Shown here in pieces: positions 56,726 through 64,000 of a DNA stretch of 64,000 nucleotides. The position numbers and the translations under genes were made by a program. The stretch's first letter is position 1, and every line of letters starts with the position of its first letter. The stretch comes from Roseibacillus sp. (GTDB taxonomy: Bacteria; Verrucomicrobiota; Verrucomicrobiia; Verrucomicrobiales; Akkermansiaceae). The stretch lies in assembly GCA_051251855.1 (NCBI GenBank), contig JBPOGI010000004.1:96001-160000 (forward strand), written 5' to 3'. The notes under the pieces were generated by a model, which was given only the letters and a program-made list of their open reading frames with translations, was not told the origin of the DNA and did no database searches.

Positions 56726-57583
56726 GTGAGCAAAGAGACAACGACCCTTCCCTATCTATTGCGACTACTCGATGACGAGCAGCCCGATGTTCGCCGAGTG
56801 ATTACTGCTCAATTAGCCAACTTTGGAGGCGACTTAAGTGACCAAGTCGCCGGCCTAGGAATCGACCTCTCCGATCGGGACCGCGAGGTGCTTTCTACTC
56901 TTCTTCAACCCGCACGACGGGACTCTCTTCGCCAAGCCTGGTTCACCCCTTCTCGGTCCCTGTTAGAACCTGATAGCGATTGGGACCTCTTCGAAGCTTT
57001 CCTCCGAATGATTTCGGACTTTCTTCACGACGGAGTTTCCCTACGCCCCTCCATGACCGACCTCTTGGACGAGCTGGCAGATGAGTCAGCTGAGCTTGGC
57101 CTCGATGACCCCATCCCCTTAGCAAGCTGGCTCTTCGACGGCGAACGTCTGACAGCGAACAAACGCGACTACTATAATCCTCGTAATTCCGACCTCGCTC
57201 ACGTCCTCGAAAGCGGTATCGGCAACCCCCTCTCCCTTTCGCTCATTCTCACCTTAGTCGCTCAGCGCCGCAAAATCCCGATTTACGGCTGCAACTACCC
57301 AGGACATTTCTTATGCTGGACCGACACCTCTTCTGGCCCCCTCGTCATCGATCCCTACAACAAGGCACGCACTCTCGCGGTCAAACAAATCATCGCGAAT
57401 AATCCTGGCATCTCGACCACCAGTCGTGATGCTTTGACTCACCCTGCTCGCCAAATCGATATGCTGCGCCGTGTTCTCTCTAACTTGGCCCATGCTTACA
57501 CAAAAAGTGAATCCACCGAGGACCTGATGCTCGTGAAGGAACTCACGGAAAGCCTCGATGAACTCGATCTCGCCGTCGTCTGA
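56726..57583 (+). CDS. SirB1/transglutaminase-like core protein
   Basis: DYYNPRNSDL..VL..G.GNPLSLSLI, GCNYPGHFL, IDPYN, RVLSNL. Confidence 0.85.
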   Translation: MSKETTTLPYLLRLLDDEQPDVRRVITAQLANFGGDLSDQVAGLGIDLSDRDREVLSTLLQPARRDSLRQAWFTPSRSLLEPDSDWDLFEAFLRMISDFLHDGVSLRPSMTDLLDELADESAELGLDDPIPLASWLFDGERLTANKRDYYNPRNSDLAHVLESGIGNPLSLSLILTLVAQRRKIPIYGCNYPGHFLCWTDTSSGPLVIDPYNKARTLAVKQIIANNPGISTTSRDALTHPARQIDMLRRVLSNLAHAYTKSESTEDLMLVKELTESLDELDLAVV

Positions 57584-58403
57584 AGAACGGGAAATTGCAG
57601 GCCACCGCTTAACCTGGCATCGCTGGCACCCCGAAGGAATCGACTTTAAGGCTGCTCTCTTCTTTCTTCACGGACAAGGAGACTACGGTGAGCGCTATCA
57701 GGAAGTCGCCGAGTTTTTCCTAGGAGAAGGCATCGCCTTTGCCACCTGCGACTTGCCGGGGCACGGACGCACCGCCGGCAAGCGCGGCCACATCCCCTCT
57801 TGGGAGCTCGTGAAGGAAGTCTCTGATGCCGGAATGGCAGAAGCACGCGCCCTCGTCCCCCACAAACCCGTTGGCTTTGGAGGGCACTCCGTCGGGGGGC
57901 TCCTTGCCCTCTTCCTGTTAGGTGAACTCGAAGACAAACCTGACTTCAGCTGGATCAGTTCTCCTCTCCTAAAGCCCGAAGCTGGACAACCTCACTGGAA
58001 ATATCGGCTCCTCGGACCGCTCTCACATCTACTCCCATCCTTGACCCTCTCCACCGGAGTTTCTCCGAGCATGTGTCGTGAAGATTTTGAAGAAGAACTC
58101 TCTAACAGTGAACATCAATTCCACAGTCGCATCTCTCTTTCTTGGGGACGGACGCTCATCGAGCTCGCTGAGGTCGTTGGCACTCAACCGGAACGCCTTC
58201 CCAGCCCTCTCCCTATTATTCTTACCCAAGGAAAAAGTGACCCAATTTGCCCTCCGCAATACTGCGAAGAACTCGCTCATCGATTACAACGCGACGATCT
58301 AAAGCTCATTCTTTACCCCGAAACCAGGCACGAACCTTTCGCCGACAAATGCCGCGACAAAGTCTTCGATGACCTTCGAGATTGGCTTTCGAAAACAATC
58401 TAA
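57558..58403 (+). CDS. Lysophospholipase-like alpha/beta hydrolase
   Basis: LHGQGDY..RY, DLPGHG, GHSVGG, QGKSD, RHEP. Confidence 0.88.
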   Translation: MNSISPSSEEREIAGHRLTWHRWHPEGIDFKAALFFLHGQGDYGERYQEVAEFFLGEGIAFATCDLPGHGRTAGKRGHIPSWELVKEVSDAGMAEARALVPHKPVGFGGHSVGGLLALFLLGELEDKPDFSWISSPLLKPEAGQPHWKYRLLGPLSHLLPSLTLSTGVSPSMCREDFEEELSNSEHQFHSRISLSWGRTLIELAEVVGTQPERLPSPLPIILTQGKSDPICPPQYCEELAHRLQRDDLKLILYPETRHEPFADKCRDKVFDDLRDWLSKTI

Positions 58404-59467
58404 CCCTCGGGGAAGATTTCGTGGAACTTAATCGCCTCCGTCCCAACTGCGGCAGCAGTCCCCAAAAGACCTCGGCTAGTCACTGTGCGTGGCACTTGAG
58501 CAGCTGGACGAGAAAGCCCCAAGACCAGCTGACCATACTTGGCTGCTCCTCCCAGATGCCTCAAAAGCTTCATCGAAATATGAGCGGCATCAAGGTTTGG
58601 AAAAACTAACACATCTGCGGCAGGCCGCTTTTCCATCTTAGGCAACTTCACCTCTGCCGCTTCAGGGTCGAGAGCGACATCTGCCTGCAATTCACCATCC
58701 ACCTCAATATCGTAGCGATTATGCGACACGATAGCACGCGCAGCCTCAGTCGCCGCTCGGACCCGAGCCGCCGAATCACTGGCGCCCGAGTTCATCGTGG
58801 AATGGCTCAACATCGCTACTCGCACCCGACGACCGGAGTAATGGTTGGCAATCCGTCCTGTCTCGACGGCAATATTCGTTAATTCGGTAACCGTCGGCAC
58901 ATCACTGATACCGCAATCGGCGAGATACAGAATACCGTCAGGACCAAAGTGCTTCATCTGTTCCGAAACCATAATCGCCGCCGTAAAGGGGTGTTCGATC
59001 CCAGGCATTGGCTTCACCAGTTGCACGAGAGCTCGGTGAATCGTCGCCGGCAAAAGCTGGTTTCCTCCCACCATGGCATCGGCCTGACCATACTGAATCA
59101 TCATCGCCGCAAAGAAGTGACTACGGCTCACCGTTTCGCGAGGATTAGCCAGATTCACTCCCTTGAGCTTTTCAATGCGAATCAAGCGCTCTGTAAACAG
59201 TTCCAGATCATCGGCAGTTGTCGGATCGATAATTTTCACGAAATCCATTTTCGCGTTCATCTCAGCAGCCAGAGAACGAATCTTCTCTCGGCGCCCTAAG
59301 AGAATCGGCACTCCGATTCCCAGACGCACCATCTCGTCCGCGACTTGAATCACCCGCTTGTCCTCACCTTCCGAGAAAACAATCCGCTTGGGATGCCTTT
59401 TCAAAATTTCGAACAAAGGCCCCGTAAACACATCTGGTTCTGCCCACCCACTTCCGATTTCACTCAT
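58400..59467 (-). CDS. Phosphate acetyltransferase-fold protein with degenerate active site
   Basis: KRIVFSEGED.RV, LADC, VAMLSHS, DGELQADVAL, VLVFPNLDAA; start at MSEIGSG. Confidence 0.85.
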   Translation of the reverse strand: MSEIGSGWAEPDVFTGPLFEILKRHPKRIVFSEGEDKRVIQVADEMVRLGIGVPILLGRREKIRSLAAEMNAKMDFVKIIDPTTADDLELFTERLIRIEKLKGVNLANPRETVSRSHFFAAMMIQYGQADAMVGGNQLLPATIHRALVQLVKPMPGIEHPFTAAIMVSEQMKHFGPDGILYLADCGISDVPTVTELTNIAVETGRIANHYSGRRVRVAMLSHSTMNSGASDSAARVRAATEAARAIVSHNRYDIEVDGELQADVALDPEAAEVKLPKMEKRPAADVLVFPNLDAAHISMKLLRHLGGAAKYGQLVLGLSRPAAQVPRTVTSRGLLGTAAAVGTEAIKFHEIFPEG

Positions 59468-59601
59468 AGTCAGCCATTTCCCGCGGTTTAAGCACGGGCT
59501 ACGGATGAAGTCTACGCCTGTCTCGCCTTTCTCACAATGGCAAAGCGCGTGCGAATTGAAGGATCTGGAGCTGGCGCGCAAAATCGCTATCTTCCTCCCC
59601 A

Positions 59602-60402
59602 GTGAGCGTCGACTATCACACCCATACTCCCCTTTGTCATCACGCCGAAGGTACCCCTGCACAATACATTGCGGCCGCCAAGCAGGCGCAGCTCCAAGAA
59701 TACGGCATTTCTGACCATGCCCCGCACCTCCCCGAGCCCTTTGATGATTGGCGTATGGCGATGAGCGACCTCCCCGCCTATCTCGACTGGATTGCGGAGG
59801 CACGCAGCCATGCGGGAAAAGACTTACGCGTTCGCTCGGGGTTGGAGTGCGACTGGTTAGCCGGGTGCGAAAACCACATAGGCTATCTCAGGGACTTTTA
59901 CCCTTGGGATTACCTGATCGGCTCCGTGCACTATCTCCCCACCTCTTCGGGTCAGCGCTGGGACTTCGACAACCCCGCGCACCTTTCTCAATGGCAGACT
60001 CTCACCTCGGGCGAACTCGAGGATATTTGGAACCTCTATTGGAGCAGCTACACCGCCATGGTTCGCTCTGACCTCTTCGAAATCCACGGTCACCCTGACC
60101 TCATCAAAAAGTTCGCCTTCACTCCCCCTGGAGACCTCCGCCGATTCTACGAACCTACGATTGAAGCACTCTCCACAACAGGTAAAGCCTTCGAGATTAA
60201 TACAGCCGGCTGGCACAAACCCTGTGCGGAACAATACCCTGCGACTGGCTTTCTCGCCCTCGCTGCCGAGGCCAAAATCCCCGTTTTCATCAATTCTGAC
60301 GCCCACTCACCCTCAGAAGTCGCTCGCGATTTTGAAAAGGCGAGAGCACTTGCATCGAACTGGAATCTCAACGTGCAAACCCGACTCTCGGACTCGCGAT
60401 AA
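59602..60402 (+). CDS. Histidinol-phosphatase, HisJ/PHP family
   Basis: DYHTHTPLCHHA, SDHAP, IGSVH, GHPDLIK, EINTAG, NSDAH. Confidence 0.9.
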   Translation: MSVDYHTHTPLCHHAEGTPAQYIAAAKQAQLQEYGISDHAPHLPEPFDDWRMAMSDLPAYLDWIAEARSHAGKDLRVRSGLECDWLAGCENHIGYLRDFYPWDYLIGSVHYLPTSSGQRWDFDNPAHLSQWQTLTSGELEDIWNLYWSSYTAMVRSDLFEIHGHPDLIKKFAFTPPGDLRRFYEPTIEALSTTGKAFEINTAGWHKPCAEQYPATGFLALAAEAKIPVFINSDAHSPSEVARDFEKARALASNWNLNVQTRLSDSR

Positions 60403-61019
60403 TTTCCCTTCAACTTTTAAAGAAACCGGTAGATCCCCCAGCCTCGCCGGCAAGCCGCAAAACAGGCACAAATGCACGGTAGAAGGTTCGACAGGACCCA
60501 AACACGAATTGACAATGTGTATTCTTTGCTTACCCACTTTCTCGCATCTCCGGCAAAGAAGCCCCTCAAAATGCTCCTTGAAGTCCTTTGAATCCTGCAA
60601 GGTCTTTACCAACTTGGCCGACGAATGATGATTTCTTCAGAACCATAAGCCTTCCAGCTACTTTAGAAGAGGCTTTTAACAACCGTCGAAAGAATCGAAC
60701 CATTGAGCACTGCCCTCCCCCATTGAAAAAAGTTCGTGAACGAAAACCCCTCCAATGGGGGATATCTAAAACCTTATGAACCACTAGAGTTCATTGGGTA
60801 AATTGAACTCCTCATTTAAAACCACCTGAAAAAAATTCCATAAAATTGCATTGTAAACTCGATTTACGGTGCGACATTACCCTCCTAGCTTATCCAATCT
60901 TCTTTTCTGGAAAACAAAAACCCTTGTTTTGAGGCTTCGCGCACAGCTTTAGACTGAAACTGAAAAGGAAGAAGCATTGACAATGTATATTCTTTGGACG
61001 AGACTAGCTCATAACTTTG

Positions 61020-64000
61020 ATGAAAACGGCACTTAAATCCCACTCTCCTCTGCCTTCTCCATCCAATCGGGGCTTTTCCCTTATTGTGACTGTGACGATG
61101 ATGATTCTCCTTTCGCTCATCGCGGTAGGGCTTCTCTCCCTTTCTAGCTCGGTTCTTCGTGGGGCCCAAAACGGGGCATCAATGGCAGAGGCCCGAGCTA
61201 ATGCCCGTCTCGCCCTTAATTTAGCGATTGGCGAACTCCAAAAGCAAGCTGGTCCTGACACCCGTGTGACCGCTCGCGCTGACATTCTCAATGATCCAGA
61301 GACAAACACCGTCGCAAATCCCTACCTCACCGGCGTTTGGGAATCTTGGTATATGGACCCCAACACTTCTCTCAACTCAGGAAACTTTTCTGAATCTGAG
61401 AAAGAAGCCAAGTTGCTCACTTGGCTCGCCTCGGGTGCCCCCAATCGAGAAGAAGTTACTAACAACTTTGTGAAACAATCCCTGAGAGACGAAGTGACAT
61501 TGTGGGGCGCTGGCTCTCTTGGAAGCCGAGCTACTGACCGAGAAAAGGTGAAAGCCTCCCTCATGACTCTCTCTGAAGAAAGAGGAGCCGGCGGCTACGC
61601 CTGGGCGGTTCTTGATGAAGGAGTCAAAGCTCGTGTCAACACCCTCACCCACCTTCGTAACGACAACTCCAGCGCTTCAGTCAAGACTGAGAAAATGTCC
61701 CAACTCGGAGCAGGTGTCCGCCCCTCCATTGAATCGATTTCAGGCCTTGATGGCTTTCAGGCTAACTCGTTCCTCTCTGGCACTGAGGGAAATCCAAACA
61801 CTTTGCCTGAGGACGGAAAGACCCTCGCCAAAGCCGTCACCTATGGAAACTTTGGCCTCGTAGCCGAACAACTCGCAGGAATAGATAGCGAAGATCTCAA
61901 AGAGCATTATCACGACATTTCTCTTTTTTCCTCCGGCCTTCTCACCGACACTGCCCGAGGTGGATTGAAGACCGACTTCAGCCTCTTCAGCTCCGAGACA
62001 ACTCTTCCACAACTCTACAGCCACGAAGAAGGAGGATTCATCGATTTAGCGACCAAGGGCGTTTACGACACCTTGCTCGGAATCGGAGGAGCTCTCGCCA
62101 CCTCCAGCCCTCGTTGGAATTCTCTCTACCAATTTTCACGTCTGCACGAAGATGGCGTCGAGATTAGAGAAGACGCACCTCTTGTTCAGGCCGCCGTTCC
62201 AAGTGGCTGGGCAGCAGCAAGAGCCTCACGTGGAGGCTTTAGGTTGAATAAAGAAACCCCAGACGACCTCGTCCTCATGCCGACTATCGCCAACGTCCAG
62301 ATGATCTTCAGCCTCGTTGGGCGCGACCTCTATAACCAAAGCAGCTACCCCCCAGGCTCCCCCCCTACCACTCTTCCTCGTAGCGCATCGAACTTGCACA
62401 ACCCTCAAGCAGGTCACTTCAGGACGACCAAATTTCACTTTGACCTTCACCTCATGTATACCCCTGTGGTGGTTCTTCACAATCCCTACAGCGTGGCTCT
62501 GGAATTTGAGGATATCAAAATCAACTTCCACCACATCCCCTTTGCGATGAAAGTCATCCGCAACGGCGAAGACCAGAGCACAGGTTTAGTGCCCTTTGAG
62601 TCCATGTTTGCGGACAATGATAACGAGAGCAAAGACAAGGTCTTCGGAATGAAGCTCCGAACCGAGCGCCGAGGGCGCGTAGGCAACTCTACCTTTCAAA
62701 TGCTTCCTGGAGAAGTCATTCTCTTCTCTCCCTACTTAAATCCACAAACAACCTACCAAAGCAATTTCAGTGGTGGCCGCGTAAATTGGGACATCTATGT
62801 TGGAGACAACAAGACAGCCGAACTAGAGGCTATCCCAGGCTGGCGCGGCGATGGCATGGGCTTCAGCTGCGACTGGTTGGCAGGAGCAAAGCGGGTGGAT
62901 GGAGTCGCCGCATCCGGCCGATGGAGTTCCTGCTTCGGCCTTGCTCATGACGATGAAATCAGTGTCGAATTTGCTCCCTTTACCAAAGACACTTCGGACA
63001 ACAAATTCCTAGTGACAATGTCAGCTACTCCCAAAGGGCAATCGAGCGAGAGTGTCGTCAATGCCATCGAGATCGACTACGAAAGTCCTGAAAAGTTGCG
63101 CGAAAGAATTTTGGGGAGCTCCAATGGCACCCTCAGATATCCCGAGGAAGACACCATCGCAGGTCGTGACCTCATCGACTGGGCCGGCACGCCTATTGGA
63201 GAAATGGTGAACGTCAAACCTTTCGCAGTGGTAAGCCTCCAAGCAAAGACCACCTATGCTGCCGAAAATCCAGATGAGTTCTCCCCCGTTGACGGTCGCA
63301 TCGCTTCGAAGCCTTGGTCCTTCGCCCACGGTTCCATCGGCGTTGCCTCTGCCAACCTGAGCACTGAGCACCCCTCATCCCATTCCCACGAGCTCGACAT
63401 CAAGCCTCTCACCGCAGAAGGAACCGAGGCCATTATTGAGGTCGGTGCCAACAACCGAGGAAACTTCATTACTGGGCACTCCTCCCAAAACGGAAGTAAG
63501 TTCGGTGTCGCTTACGAAATTCCCCTCACCCCCTTGCAGTCTCTTCCAACTTTGAACGGGGCCAACCCCGGAGGTGTCTCAGCCTTCCTCCCCCGCTTCG
63601 CAGCACCTATCGGTAACTCCTGGGCTCACCCCTTACTTAGCCCCGATACTGTCGAAGAAAGAGCAGCTGAAGGCTACGACATGTATGACCACTCGTTCCT
63701 CATGAACGTCGCATTCTATGACCGTTTCTACTTCTCAGGACTGGGAAGCCGAACCGGCCCCTACGGTGATGGCCGCTCCTCCAGCGAAGCCATCCAGCGG
63801 TTCATCCAAGACGGGTCACTTGGAGACCAACGCCTCTCTCTCTATCAGCCTGACAGCCGGGCCACTAGCGAGCTCCAAGCCCTTGCCACCAACTCCTCAG
63901 GTCACGAAGAGGTTGCCGCATGGCAAATCATGAACGGTGCCTTCAACATCAACTCTACTTCGGTCGATGCTTGGAAGGCCATGCTTACCTCGATTTATGC
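61020..64000 (+). CDS. Large verrucomicrobial PilX-like protein with prepilin-type N-terminus (3'-truncated by window)
   Basis: NRG|FSLIVTVTMMILLSLIAVGLLSL, ARANARLAL..AIGELQKQAGPDTRVTA; same frame gives GAFNINSTSVDAWKA at 63936+; missing from ORF track, consistent with no stop codon inside the window. Confidence 0.85.
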   Translation, partial: MKTALKSHSPLPSPSNRGFSLIVTVTMMILLSLIAVGLLSLSSSVLRGAQNGASMAEARANARLALNLAIGELQKQAGPDTRVTARADILNDPETNTVANPYLTGVWESWYMDPNTSLNSGNFSESEKEAKLLTWLASGAPNREEVTNNFVKQSLRDEVTLWGAGSLGSRATDREKVKASLMTLSEERGAGGYAWAVLDEGVKARVNTLTHLRNDNSSASVKTEKMSQLGAGVRPSIESISGLDGFQANSFLSGTEGNPNTLPEDGKTLAKAVTYGNFGLVAEQLAGIDSEDLKEHYHDISLFSSGLLTDTARGGLKTDFSLFSSETTLPQLYSHEEGGFIDLATKGVYDTLLGIGGALATSSPRWNSLYQFSRLHEDGVEIREDAPLVQAAVPSGWAAARASRGGFRLNKETPDDLVLMPTIANVQMIFSLVGRDLYNQSSYPPGSPPTTLPRSASNLHNPQAGHFRTTKFHFDLHLMYTPVVVLHNPYSVALEFEDIKINFHHIPFAMKVIRNGEDQSTGLVPFESMFADNDNESKDKVFGMKLRTERRGRVGNSTFQMLPGEVILFSPYLNPQTTYQSNFSGGRVNWDIYVGDNKTAELEAIPGWRGDGMGFSCDWLAGAKRVDGVAASGRWSSCFGLAHDDEISVEFAPFTKDTSDNKFLVTMSATPKGQSSESVVNAIEIDYESPEKLRERILGSSNGTLRYPEEDTIAGRDLIDWAGTPIGEMVNVKPFAVVSLQAKTTYAAENPDEFSPVDGRIASKPWSFAHGSIGVASANLSTEHPSSHSHELDIKPLTAEGTEAIIEVGANNRGNFITGHSSQNGSKFGVAYEIPLTPLQSLPTLNGANPGGVSAFLPRFAAPIGNSWAHPLLSPDTVEERAAEGYDMYDHSFLMNVAFYDRFYFSGLGSRTGPYGDGRSSSEAIQRFIQDGSLGDQRLSLYQPDSRATSELQALATNSSGHEEVAAWQIMNGAFNINSTSVDAWKAMLTSIY

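Noticed and set aside
59468..59803. 112-aa N-terminal extension of the Pta-like ORF
   Set aside because: Overlaps the divergent HisJ gene; the fold starts after Met at 59467
60403..61019. Short ORFs in the long intergenic region
   Set aside because: No motifs, atypical composition, mutually overlapping

Overview
Bacterial chromosomal window, most likely from a Verrucomicrobiota (Verrucomicrobiales-like) organism. This is inferred from a PEP-CTERM protein, SHD1-domain proteins, a PVC-type CxxCH heme protein, a delta-60/Ig giant protein and a verrucomicrobial PilX-like giant ORF at the right edge. About 41 CDS were called; no rRNA, tRNA or CRISPR array was seen. The main accessory region is about 8.8-21.3 kb. 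It starts with a REP-punctuated run of two secreted retropepsin-like proteases, followed by a defence island: class III Fic, hsdM, hsdS, [ABC-type ATPase + TOPRIM/RloB-like, orphan HigA-like HTH, class II Fic-HTH], hsdR. The island is bracketed by a perfect 63-bp direct repeat. Next come an uncharacterised four-gene membrane redox operon (ferric-reductase-TM/Rieske fusion) with a mycothione-reductase-like flavoprotein, and folE. A surface operon follows (2878-aa propeller/Ig protein, PEP-CTERM protein, three paralogous lipoproteins). The rest is housekeeping and catabolic genes: hrpA, aminopeptidase, sialate O-acetylesterase, glpD, sulfatase, a catalytically degenerate Pta homolog and HisJ. 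All calls come from reading motifs by eye; no searches were run.
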